In this document: piece after piece, positions 50,455-59,417 of the stretch
Layout of the letters: every line of letters begins with the position of its first letter
Position numbering within the stretch: position 1 is the first letter of the stretch
Notes under the pieces: generated by a model
Databases searched by the model: none
What the model was told of the DNA's origin: nothing
The model's input: the letters and a program-made list of their open reading frames with translations, nothing else
Program-made: the position numbers and the translations under genes
Assembly: GCA_044222185.1 (NCBI GenBank)
Contig: JBGANV010000003.1
Coordinates: 224,001-288,000 of the forward strand
Reading direction: 5' to 3'
DNA: 64,000 nt
Origin: Planctomycetota bacterium
GTDB taxonomy: Bacteria; Planctomycetota; GCA-002687715; CAIWVZ01

Positions 50455-51743
50455 GTCATCCCTCCGGCGGCGAGCGCAGCGGGCTCAGCCGCCGTTCGCG
50501 AAGCCGCCACGCAACGATCGGGCAGGGTGACGAGGAAACCAGCGCCTCCGAGCCGCCCGTCGACGAGTTGGAGCTCGCCGCCGTGCACCTCGATGAGCTT
50601 GCGGGCGACGGCGAGGCCGAGCCCGGTTCCCGACGCCTTGCCGGTGATGAACGGACGGAAGAGCTTGCGGCGCAGATCGGACGGCACACCCGGGCCGGTG
50701 TCGTCGACGCGGATGCTCAGGCCCGTCGACGAGCGGTCGATCGCGACGACGACCCGACCGTCGGGTCCCGTCGCTTCCAGAGCGTTCTTGAGCAGGTTCG
50801 AGAGCACGATCTTCAGCTTGACGCGATCCGCCAAGAGGTTCGTGACCTCACGAATCCCCGTGCATTCGATGGCGGCGTGCCGTTGCGCGCCCGCGAGCAC
50901 GGGCGCATCGCCGATGACTTCCCCGACGAGCTCCGGGAGGCCGAAGGTCGAGCGCGCGAGGCGCTCCGGCCGAGCCCAAAGCAGAAGGTTCGTCACGATC
51001 TCGTTCACCTCGCCGACACCCCGGCGCACGCGATCGACGTAACGCTGCGCCTGCACTCGGTCGATGCCCTCGGCGGAGGCGAGCATGCGAGCGAGCAGCC
51101 CGGCAAAACCCTCGATGCCGTTCAGCGGGTTGCGGATCTCGTGCGCGATTCCGGCCGCCATTTCTCCCAGAGCCGCAAGCGTGTCCAGACGGTTCAACTG
51201 CGTGCGCAGGTGAGACACCTCAGTGAGGTCGGAGATGACCTCGATGCGACCGCCGTCTTCGAGCGTGGCGACGACCGATGACACGCGACGCCGCGACCCG
51301 TCGAACGACTCGACGTCGCGCTCGACCGGGCCCTGTCCACCGCCGAGCAAGGCGAGAAGCGGCGTTCCGTCGCGTGCCGAGACCGCGCGCGCATCGCGCC
51401 CGATCAACTCGAAGGCCGCACGTCCGAGAATGCGCTCGGCGGCCCGATTCATGCTGACGATGCTGCCGTCCCGATCGCAGGCGATCACACCGCACGGGAT
51501 CGCATCCAGCACGCCGTGAAGGTGCCCGGTCACCTGCTCGAGCTCGACGACCTTCTCACGGAGCTGGCCGTTGGCCTCACGCAGGCGCTGGTCCACGCTC
51601 TCGGCACGCATGCGAAGCCGGCCATACGCGGCCTCGAGGTCTCGCGTCACGCGGGTGAAGACGTGGAAGCTCTCCGTGAGCTTCGAGATGTCCTCGACCT
51701 GCGGAGCCGCAGCGGCAGCGCTTTCGATTTCGAGTCCACTCAC
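50451..51743 (-). CDS. PAS-domain sensor histidine kinase (FleS/FlgS-like, soluble)
   Basis: AHEIRNPL H-box, NLLKNA, DTGPG, GTGLGL; PAS ([10 protein letters not shown]); GTG start overlaps upstream stop. Confidence 0.9.
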   Translation of the reverse strand: MSGLEIESAAAAAPQVEDISKLTESFHVFTRVTRDLEAAYGRLRMRAESVDQRLREANGQLREKVVELEQVTGHLHGVLDAIPCGVIACDRDGSIVSMNRAAERILGRAAFELIGRDARAVSARDGTPLLALLGGGQGPVERDVESFDGSRRRVSSVVATLEDGGRIEVISDLTEVSHLRTQLNRLDTLAALGEMAAGIAHEIRNPLNGIEGFAGLLARMLASAEGIDRVQAQRYVDRVRRGVGEVNEIVTNLLLWARPERLARSTFGLPELVGEVIGDAPVLAGAQRHAAIECTGIREVTNLLADRVKLKIVLSNLLKNALEATGPDGRVVVAIDRSSTGLSIRVDDTGPGVPSDLRRKLFRPFITGKASGTGLGLAVARKLIEVHGGELQLVDGRLGGAGFLVTLPDRCVAASRTAAEPAALAAGGMT

Positions 51744-52615
51744 TGTTGTTTCTCTCCGGTCTGCTTGACCCTGTCGATGCGCTTCTTCACGGCGTCGTCC
51801 ACACCCTTCCGGCCGCCTCCGATGCGGAGCATCCAGGAAGCCTGGCGTCCCCAGTGTCCTTCCGGGTCTGCCTTCGCGAGCGCCTCGTAGGCGGCCTTGG
51901 CCTCCGTCCAGCGGTCGAGGCGGTCGAGGGAACGGGCGATGCGGTAGCGATCCTCCGACGTGCGCGCGTCCTCGGGTATCTGGTTCGCGGCTTCCAAGGC
52001 GCCGCTGAAATCCTCCGCCGCGTAGAGCGCCCGGCTCAGGCCCTTGGGGTCGAGCGCCATTGCCCGCGGCGCCGGTTTGGACTCCGCGGCCCGCGGCGCA
52101 GTCACCGGGACGTCGAGATCGACCGCGAGGAGCGCGCTGCCGATCGCCGTCGCCCGGGTCGGTTTGGGAGGTGTCTCCGCCTCGGTGCGCGTGGGCGCAG
52201 CGACGGGCGCGCGCTTCATCTCGTTTGCGAGCGCGAGACGTGAGCGAAGCTCCTCCACGCGCCGGACGTTCTCGGCCCGCGCGGCCTCGGTCGCGTCTTC
52301 CATCGACCGCCCCGTGCCAGGAGCGTCGACGAGGAGCCCGCCTTGCACGCGGGTCAGAAGACCGTTCAAGAGGCGAAGCTCGACTTCCGTCTCCGAGAGT
52401 CGCGCCGAGATCGCCTTGGCCGAGCGGCGGTCGACCCATTGGAGGTGATGCAATGCGTCGCCGACCAGTTCGTCGACGGTCGGCGGGGACTCGCCGTCGC
52501 CGCCACGGGGCTTGGCGGCGTCGTCCTGACTTCCCCCGGAGCGCGTCTGGGACCATGCCGCGAGCGGCAGGAGCACCAGAGCGATCAACACGGCGTTGGA
52601 ATCCAAGCGCCTCAT
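51740..52615 (-). CDS. Exported hypothetical protein, coiled coil + TPR-like C-terminus
   Basis: Signal peptide (VLIALVLLPLAAWSQ); YRIARSLDRLDRWTEAKAAYEAL...PEGHWG TPR-like; ATGA overlap. Confidence 0.65.
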   Translation of the reverse strand: MRRLDSNAVLIALVLLPLAAWSQTRSGGSQDDAAKPRGGDGESPPTVDELVGDALHHLQWVDRRSAKAISARLSETEVELRLLNGLLTRVQGGLLVDAPGTGRSMEDATEAARAENVRRVEELRSRLALANEMKRAPVAAPTRTEAETPPKPTRATAIGSALLAVDLDVPVTAPRAAESKPAPRAMALDPKGLSRALYAAEDFSGALEAANQIPEDARTSEDRYRIARSLDRLDRWTEAKAAYEALAKADPEGHWGRQASWMLRIGGGRKGVDDAVKKRIDRVKQTGEKQQ

Positions 52616-54141
52616 CTCTTTTCCTCCTCGCGACCTTCGAACACGCGAGCCGCCTCGAGCGGCCGCCCCAGCTCGAGCAGAAGCTCGCCGCGAAGCGTCG
52701 TGACCTCCGCCTTCGACGGCGTCGGGTCGATGAAGTCGGCAGCTTTCAGGCGGTCGATGGCCGCGAGCGCGGCACTCTTGTTGCCGGCCCGCCGCTCCGT
52801 GCGTGCGAGGTGGACGAGTGCCGCCGCCCGATACCGCGGCACCGTCGTGAGCGCTTCCAGGGCGCGCGCCGCCTCGTCGTGGCGGTCCGTGTTTCCCAGG
52901 GATCGCGCGAGGACGGCGAGCGCCCGCTCGGCCGTCTGTGAGGCGTCCGGCGTCGCCGCCAGGGTCTCGGTCGCCGAGACGACGGCCTGCTCGAACAGGC
53001 CAAGCCGTTCCTCGAGCTCGGCCTTCATGAGCAACGCGCGACGCTTCTGCAGTCCCTCGGGTCCCAGCGCGAGACAACGCTGGACTGCGACCAGGCCCGT
53101 GACCAGGTCATCCAGCGCCACGAACGCAACCGCCACGGACTCGGCCGCTCGGATCTGCGCCGACTTCTCGTCGACGTTCCGCTGCGCGATGCGCAGCTGG
53201 AGGAGCGCCGATCGGAAGTCCCCCTTCAGCATCAGGCCGATCCCGACGGCGAGTGGAACGTGCTTGGCCAGGTCGGGAAACTCCCGCCGGGCCTCCGAGC
53301 GGAATTCGGCGAGCGCCACGAAGGCGTCGTCGACTCGCTTCGAGTCGAGCTCGAGCTCCGTCAGGAGCAGGCTCGCGACGGCACGAGCGCGCGGCGACGA
53401 TCCCTCGCGAACGACACGCCGCAGCCGGATGCCGGCCGCCTCATCGTCGCCCGCGGCCCGGTGGATCACGGCGGGCACGAGTTCGGCGTTCGCGAGGTCC
53501 GGCAACCCGGCGTCGCTCGCCTCGAGCTGATCGATCGCCTTCTTCGCCGCCGGGAGGTCGCCCGACTTGTAGTACGCGTAGCCCGCGAGCAGCCGCGCCA
53601 TGGGGACCCGTGAGTCCTTGGGGAACTCGGACGTGAACGACTCGAAGCTCACGCCGGCCTCGTGCATCCGCGTGAGGCGGTAGAGCAGATCGGCGCGTGC
53701 GTATCGCACGTCGGCCGCAAGCCGCGGTTCCGCGTGTACGAGGATCGTGTGATCGAGATGATGCATCGCCGCGTCCGCCAACGCCGTCTCCGGATCGCTG
53801 GCCGCGGGCCTCACCTGAAGCCGGTTCTCCTTCACGTCGACGATGAAGCCGGTGCTCGCGCTGATCAGGATCGCGAGCTCGTCGAGCGTGATCCGGGCGC
53901 GGTCGATGGAAATCGTCCGCTGGACCAGATCCGCCATGAGCGCCGGCTCCACACGCAGCTCGACGCCGAACGCCGCGCAGGCGCGAGCGAGCAGGTCCAC
54001 CACCGAGGTGTCGCTGGCATGGATCTCGAGGAGGCGGCTCTGGCTCGCCCCGTTCGCCGCCACGACCGCCCTGCGTTGGCCGGCCACCGGGGACGCCGCC
54101 AACACGAGCAGGAGAACGAGGAGGGCGCCGTTTCGGCTCAT
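52612..54141 (-). CDS. Exported protein with STN/secretin-N-like domain and TPR repeats
   Basis: Signal peptide; IHASDTSVVDLL...ELRV...ISID...TLDELA...VKENRLQV (STN-like); TPRs (FPKDSRVPMARLLAG). Confidence 0.65.
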   Translation of the reverse strand: MSRNGALLVLLLVLAASPVAGQRRAVVAANGASQSRLLEIHASDTSVVDLLARACAAFGVELRVEPALMADLVQRTISIDRARITLDELAILISASTGFIVDVKENRLQVRPAASDPETALADAAMHHLDHTILVHAEPRLAADVRYARADLLYRLTRMHEAGVSFESFTSEFPKDSRVPMARLLAGYAYYKSGDLPAAKKAIDQLEASDAGLPDLANAELVPAVIHRAAGDDEAAGIRLRRVVREGSSPRARAVASLLLTELELDSKRVDDAFVALAEFRSEARREFPDLAKHVPLAVGIGLMLKGDFRSALLQLRIAQRNVDEKSAQIRAAESVAVAFVALDDLVTGLVAVQRCLALGPEGLQKRRALLMKAELEERLGLFEQAVVSATETLAATPDASQTAERALAVLARSLGNTDRHDEAARALEALTTVPRYRAAALVHLARTERRAGNKSAALAAIDRLKAADFIDPTPSKAEVTTLRGELLLELGRPLEAARVFEGREEEKR

Positions 54142-55202
54142 GGCTCCTTCCCCGCGAACGTGACCTTGGGCTCTGGGATCTCGACGCTCGCCGCCTTGTC
54201 ACGCCAGATCGCCGCGACTGCGATCGCCATGCGTCCGTGCGCCCACGCGATGAGGGCCTCCTCGTCGGCTCCCAGGTCACCGGCGCTCATGAGGAACGCC
54301 AGGTACTTCTCGCGGGCGTCCTGCATCCGTCCCGCGACGAAATCAGCATCGGCGGCAGCGAGCCGCGCGGTGCGAGCGGGACCGGGCTCTGCTGACGCAT
54401 CGTCCTGCCCGGAGCCGGCCTCGTCTTGTGGCGTCGGCCTGCCGGCAGCTGCGAGGATCCGCTCGTAGCGGAGCCGCAGCTCCGACTCCCCCTTCGGAAG
54501 GAGGGGCCTGATCCTGACGGCCATCTTCCGCGCGTCGGCGAGTCGGCCGCCGCGAACCGCCGCCTCGGCCAGGACGAGAAGCTCGGTGAGATCGAGGCGG
54601 TCGTGCCCGGATCCAGGACGCGCCGTCGCGGCGACCCCCTCCTGTGCGTGCCCCGAAGCCTCGGCGGAAGGAGAGTGTTCGTCCGTTCCCTCATGCGGCC
54701 TGGCCGCAGGGGCGTGGGGGTCGTGGGCGCCGTCCGCGCCGTCCGCCGTCCCCTCGCCCGCCTCGTGTTCCGACTCGGCAACCGCGTGCGCTGCGTTGCG
54801 GAGCATCAACCACGCGGCCAGCCCGATGATCGTCAGGAGTGCGCCCGCGGCCCCCATGAGCACGAGCTTCCGCCGCTTGGACCGCACCGCGGGGCTCGCC
54901 GTCGGAGCCGGCGCTGCCGGAGCGTTCGCGACAGTCGCGGGCCGTGCTACGGTCGTGCGGGGCGGCGCCGCGCCCGTCTGCGACGGCGGACGTGCCCCCG
55001 TCGCCGGGCGCTGGGCCGTCATCGGCCGCGGCGTCGGCTTGGGTTTCGCCGCGGAGTCGCCGTGCGTCGCCGGACCCGAGACCGTCGCGGGACGCACCGT
55101 CTCTGCGGCCGGCGGTCCTGCGTGCGGAGTGCTGGTGGTCGTCGTGTGGCGGGGTGGACCCGCCACGGCGTCGTGATCAGCGTTGGGTGGCTCGGACGTC
55201 AT
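54138..55202 (-). CDS. Single-pass membrane hypothetical protein (Pro/Ala-rich N-terminus, TPR-like helical C-terminus)
   Basis: KRRK followed by TM (LVLMGAAGALLTIIGLAAWLML); first gene after the sigma54 promoter; its stop overlaps the next gene's start (ATGA). Confidence 0.6.
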   Translation of the reverse strand: MTSEPPNADHDAVAGPPRHTTTTSTPHAGPPAAETVRPATVSGPATHGDSAAKPKPTPRPMTAQRPATGARPPSQTGAAPPRTTVARPATVANAPAAPAPTASPAVRSKRRKLVLMGAAGALLTIIGLAAWLMLRNAAHAVAESEHEAGEGTADGADGAHDPHAPAARPHEGTDEHSPSAEASGHAQEGVAATARPGSGHDRLDLTELLVLAEAAVRGGRLADARKMAVRIRPLLPKGESELRLRYERILAAAGRPTPQDEAGSGQDDASAEPGPARTARLAAADADFVAGRMQDAREKYLAFLMSAGDLGADEEALIAWAHGRMAIAVAAIWRDKAASVEIPEPKVTFAGKEP

Positions 55203-55219
55203 GGCTTCGTTTGCGCTTC

Positions 55220-55235
55220 AGCAAGCGGCGTTCCT
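55220..55235 (-). promoter_or_regulatory. Putative sigma54 promoter of the basal-body operon
   Basis: Minus strand AGGAACGCCGCTTGCT = GG-N10-GC with TTGCT, 17 nt upstream of ATG 55202, directly downstream of a sigma54 activator gene. Confidence 0.62.
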
Positions 55236-55357
55236 GCGCGCTTCAGGGCGTTTTCCTCGTGTTTCGTGACGGACCGTGTGCGTGGCATGTTCGAAAAGTC
55301 GGCCGCTGCGGCCGACGACGTCGCGAAGTGCGACAGCGGCGCGCGAGCGTCGGAGAA

Positions 55358-56779
55358 TCAGACGGTGCGTCGGAGGAACAGTCGTTCGTTCCCCTCGAGG
55401 CCCAGGCTCTTCATCTTGTGATAGAGCGTGCTGCGGTTGATGCCGAGCATCTTCGCAGCTCGCGTGATGTTGAAGCGCGTCTCGCCGAGAACGAGGCGGA
55501 TCAGGTCCTCTTCCACGGAGCGGAGCGTTCGATCGCGCAACGGCAGGACGTCGGCCGACGTCTCCGAATCGGGTGTGGACTCGATCGCCGTCGGCTCGGA
55601 ATGCTCGGAGAACGCCAGGTGGCGAGGCTCGATCTCGGCTCCGTCGCAGACGATGACGGCGTATTCACAGACGTTGCGGAGCTCACGGACGTTGCCAGGC
55701 CATTCGTGCTCGAGCAGAGTCCGAAGCGAGGTCTCGCTGAAACCGGAGACGGGCTTGCGCAGGTCCTGTGCGAAGCGGTCGAGGAAGTGTGCGGCGAGGA
55801 CCGGAATGTCCGACTTGCGCTCGCGGAGCGCCGGCACGCGGATCGGCATGACGTTCAGCCGGAAGAAGAGGTCCTTGCGGAAGGAACCGGTGCGAACGTC
55901 GTCCCACAGCTCCCGGTTGGTCGCCGCGATGATGCGCACGTCCACTCGGGTGTCCTTCGTTCCACCGACGCGCTTGAACGAGTTCTCCTGAAGGAACCGG
56001 AGGAGTTTCGCCTGGAGCGACGGCGCCATCTCCCCGATCTCGTCGAGGAAGACCGTGCCGCCATCGGCGGCCTCCAGGAGTCCCACCTTGCCATTCGGGC
56101 TCGCACCCGTGAACGCGCCGCGCTCGTAGCCGAACAGCTCGGCCTCGAGGATGTTCTCGTTGAGCGCCGCGCAGTTGATCGCCATGAACGGGCGCGCGCT
56201 GCGGCGACCGTCGAAATGGATCGCGCGGGCGACGAGTTCCTTGCCCGTGCCGCTCTCGCCCTGGATCAGCACCGTGGTGCTGGGGGTCGACGCGACTCGT
56301 GCGATGTGATCGCGCAGGCGAGCGACGGCGTCGCTGTCACCGATGATGGGCGGCCGCGAAAGATCGGTCGGCGTGGGCCCCTTCCGGTGGGATGCGCGCC
56401 GCGTCGCCGCCTGATCCTCGAGCGCCGGCGTGAGGACGTTCAAGAGGCGCTCGGCGAAGAGCGGCTTCTCGAGGACGTCGAGCGCGCCCTCGCGCACGGC
56501 TTCGACGACGACGCGAACGTCCGGATACAGCGCGGTCATCAGGATCACGGGGGCATCTGGAAGCCGGTGCAGCTCGCGGACGAGGTCGATGCCGAGCCCG
56601 TCCGACAAGCGGTGCTCGACGAGCACGGCGTCCGGCATGGTCTCGGCGATCGCACGGCGAGCCGCGGCGAGATCCGCAGCGCCACGGACCTGCACCGCCT
56701 CGATCCCCAGCGCATGCGTCAGTTCGCTGACGAGGCCGGGATCCGAATCGACGACCAACAATTGAAAACGCACCGTCAT
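55358..56779 (-). CDS. Sigma54 enhancer-binding protein with atypical receiver (FleQ/FlrA-like candidate)
   Basis: [26 protein letters not shown]; REC has VDSD and Glu at the phosphoacceptor site (AVLVEHRL). Confidence 0.88.
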   Translation of the reverse strand: MTVRFQLLVVDSDPGLVSELTHALGIEAVQVRGAADLAAARRAIAETMPDAVLVEHRLSDGLGIDLVRELHRLPDAPVILMTALYPDVRVVVEAVREGALDVLEKPLFAERLLNVLTPALEDQAATRRASHRKGPTPTDLSRPPIIGDSDAVARLRDHIARVASTPSTTVLIQGESGTGKELVARAIHFDGRRSARPFMAINCAALNENILEAELFGYERGAFTGASPNGKVGLLEAADGGTVFLDEIGEMAPSLQAKLLRFLQENSFKRVGGTKDTRVDVRIIAATNRELWDDVRTGSFRKDLFFRLNVMPIRVPALRERKSDIPVLAAHFLDRFAQDLRKPVSGFSETSLRTLLEHEWPGNVRELRNVCEYAVIVCDGAEIEPRHLAFSEHSEPTAIESTPDSETSADVLPLRDRTLRSVEEDLIRLVLGETRFNITRAAKMLGINRSTLYHKMKSLGLEGNERLFLRRTV

Positions 56780-56949
56780 GTCGTGTTCTCGAACAAACTG
56801 GGAGAGTCGCCTCTCCTGGGCCAAAGACCGACGTCGATGCATCTATCGGCGTTTGCGACACCCCTCTGAAAGATATTCCTGCCGTCGGATAGCCCGACAG
56901 GGTGCCCGAAACCGCGCCGGCCGCGCAGATTTCGCATCTTCAAGCATCC

Positions 56950-56978
56950 TCAACAGTCCTGCGCGCGAGGGCCGAAAA
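56950..56978 (+). promoter_or_regulatory. Possible sigma28-like promoter of the fliD operon
   Basis: TCAA-N17-GCCGAAAA about 40 nt upstream of the fliD start; spacer 2 nt longer than canonical. Confidence 0.35.
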
Positions 56979-57017
56979 CACCAGGGGGGAGGGCCTTGCG
57001 TCCGCCTTCGAACAACC

Positions 57018-58361
57018 ATGGCAACGACATCATCAACGCCCATCGCCCAGTTCCAGGGGTTTGCTACGGGCCTCGACACGGCGTCGATCATCTCGGCGCT
57101 CTCTCAGGTCAAGCGAGCACCCATCGACCGACTCGACGCCACGAAGGCGAAGCTCCAGAAGCAGCAGACGCAGTTCACGACCCTCAAGGCGAAGGTCGAC
57201 GCGCTCACGGCGAAGCTGAAGGAGCTCGATACCAGTGCCGAGTTCTCGGCGTTCACGACGACGTCGACGGACACGGCGGCGATCGCGGCCACGGCGAACG
57301 GGTCGGCAAACGAGGGGACGTATCAGATCGCGGTCTCACGCTTGGCTGCGGCCGAGAGCCATTCGTCCCAGGGATTCGCCTCCAAGACGACCCTCCTCGG
57401 ACACGGCGCCATCGGGTTCACCGTCGACGATGTCGACTTCACGGTCAACATCAGCAGCGACGCGACGCTCGAGCAGGTGCGGGATGCGATCAACAACAGC
57501 ACCGCCCCCGTGACGGCGACCATCATCAACGACGGAACGGCGACCAGTCCCTACAAGCTCGTCGTCACGAGCGAGAAGACCGGCGCGAAGAACGCCTTCA
57601 CGGTCGACTTCAACAACTTCACGGCCGCCTCCTCCGCCCCGTCGGTGTTGAACCTCAGCAATCAACTGAAAGCCGGCACTGATGCTTCGTTCACGATCAA
57701 CAGCGTGCAGGTGAGTTCCCCGACGAACGTCGTCGACCAGACGATCGACGGAGTCACTTTCACGCTGACGAAGGAGAACTCGACCGCCACCGTGACCGTC
57801 GCGCGCGACAATGCGGCGGTCAAGACGAAGGTGAAGAGCGTCATCACGGCGTTCAACGACGTCATCAACGAGCTGAAGTCGCAGGAAGACCCGGCGCTGA
57901 AGGACACCAAGGCCGTCCTCTACGGTGACTCGACGATCACGGCCCTCGATCGGCAGATCCAGAATCTGATCCGCACGCAGGTGACGGGATCGTCGTCGTC
58001 GTTCCGCACGCTCGCGTCGATCGGCGTCGAAACGACCTCCAACGGCAAGATCCAACTGGACGAGACGGCCTTCGACCGCGCGATCGCGGCGGACCCCGAC
58101 GGCATCGCGCGAATCTTCACCGATGCCACCACCGGGATCGCGCAGAAGGTGAAGACGTCCGGAGAAGCGATCAACAAGACGATCAACAGCCGAACGTCGA
58201 CGATCCGCGATCGGATTCGACAGGGCGACCAGCGAGCTGCCGATCTCCAGGTCCAGCTCGACCGCTACATCGACGGGCTTCGCACCAAATTCGGAAACTT
58301 GGAACAGGTCGTGGGTCAACTCCAGTCGCAGGGCGCAAGCCTGTCTGGGATCCTCGGCTGA
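57018..58361 (+). CDS. fliD: Flagellar filament cap FliD
   Basis: GFATGLDTASII, GTYQIAVSRLA, TLEQVRDAIN, IDGVTF, LYGDS, KF..LE...QLQSQ. Confidence 0.93.
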   Translation: MATTSSTPIAQFQGFATGLDTASIISALSQVKRAPIDRLDATKAKLQKQQTQFTTLKAKVDALTAKLKELDTSAEFSAFTTTSTDTAAIAATANGSANEGTYQIAVSRLAAAESHSSQGFASKTTLLGHGAIGFTVDDVDFTVNISSDATLEQVRDAINNSTAPVTATIINDGTATSPYKLVVTSEKTGAKNAFTVDFNNFTAASSAPSVLNLSNQLKAGTDASFTINSVQVSSPTNVVDQTIDGVTFTLTKENSTATVTVARDNAAVKTKVKSVITAFNDVINELKSQEDPALKDTKAVLYGDSTITALDRQIQNLIRTQVTGSSSSFRTLASIGVETTSNGKIQLDETAFDRAIAADPDGIARIFTDATTGIAQKVKTSGEAINKTINSRTSTIRDRIRQGDQRAADLQVQLDRYIDGLRTKFGNLEQVVGQLQSQGASLSGILG

Positions 58362-58380
58362 GTAGGAGTGGAGGGAATCC

Positions 58381-58773
58381 GTGACGTCGACACCGCAGAA
58401 GCAGTTCCGCAGCGCCAGCATGGAGTACCTGACGAACGCCGTCATGACGGCGACGCCGGAGAAGCTCGTCGTCCTCCTGTACGACGGTGCGATCCAATCG
58501 CTCGACGCAGCGGCTGACGCGTTCGACCGAAAACGCCGAGCAGAGGCGGGCACCCAGGTGAGCCGCGCTCTCTCGATCGTCGGTGAGCTGCGAGCCTCGT
58601 TGAACCTGGAGGAAGGCAAGGAGGTCGCGCGGGACCTCTTTGCGCTCTACGGCTTCATCACGAACCGAATCACTCGCGGAAACGCCGAGAAGAACAGCGC
58701 GCTCGTTCGCGAGGCACGACAGGTGATGTCGACTCTCCGGGAAGGGTGGGATGGAATTGCCCGTCGCAACTGA
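58381..58773 (+). CDS. fliS: Flagellin chaperone FliS
   Basis: VMTATPEKLVVLLYDGA, GKEVARDLFALY, LREGW. Confidence 0.95.
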   Translation: MTSTPQKQFRSASMEYLTNAVMTATPEKLVVLLYDGAIQSLDAAADAFDRKRRAEAGTQVSRALSIVGELRASLNLEEGKEVARDLFALYGFITNRITRGNAEKNSALVREARQVMSTLREGWDGIARRN

Positions 58774-59119
58774 CAGACGTGCCACGCTGGGGACGCTTCG
58801 CCGTCTGCGCGACGTCTCCCAACTGATCCTCGTTGCGATCGAGCACGACGACACCGTCGAGATCGAGCGGCTTGCGAACGAAAGCGAGCGGCTCATCGAC
58901 ACCGTGCGTCCGGCGTTCGAGGGCACCGGGGCCGAAGCGGCGTCCACCGACCTGATTGACGAGATCGCGGCGATGAACCGAATGATCGTCCGTCGCCTCC
59001 AGGAACGCCGCGCCGAGGTCGCTGCCGAACTGTGCGCGGCATCGCAACTTCGAACGCAGTTGCGCGCGATTCGAGGTGATGGCCCGTGCGAGGGCGACGA
59101 GCTCGATCGAGAGACATAG
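58751..59119 (+). CDS. Small helical hypothetical protein (FliT-like by position)
   Basis: All-helical 122 aa directly after fliD-fliS. Confidence 0.45.
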   Translation: MELPVATDRRATLGTLRRLRDVSQLILVAIEHDDTVEIERLANESERLIDTVRPAFEGTGAEAASTDLIDEIAAMNRMIVRRLQERRAEVAAELCAASQLRTQLRAIRGDGPCEGDELDRET

Positions 59120-59383
59120 GTGAGCACCATGATCCCATCCGTCACTCAGTCCGGATACCAGACGATCCAAGACGGCGTGAACCGCCTCGACGCGGCGGCG
59201 AAGCGCATCGCGCGCGGAACGCTCCCCGAGGATGGAGCGAAGCCACCCGCCGACGCGGATTCGACGGACACCATCGGTGACGTCGTCGACATGATCGAGG
59301 CGAAGCACCAGGTGGAATTGGGTGCCGCCATCGTCAAGAAGGCCGCGCAAACGCACCAGTCACTGATCGACCTGCTCGCCTGA
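59120..59383 (+). CDS. Small protein with flagellar rod/hook C-terminal (Flg_bbr_C-like) helices
   Basis: RLDAAAKRIA...DVVDMIEAKHQVELGAAIVKKAAQTHQSLIDLLA resembles axial-protein D0 helices. Confidence 0.65.
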   Translation: MSTMIPSVTQSGYQTIQDGVNRLDAAAKRIARGTLPEDGAKPPADADSTDTIGDVVDMIEAKHQVELGAAIVKKAAQTHQSLIDLLA

Positions 59384-59417
59384 ACCGGGCTTCGGCGAGG
59401 GCCGGGAGAAGAGAGAG

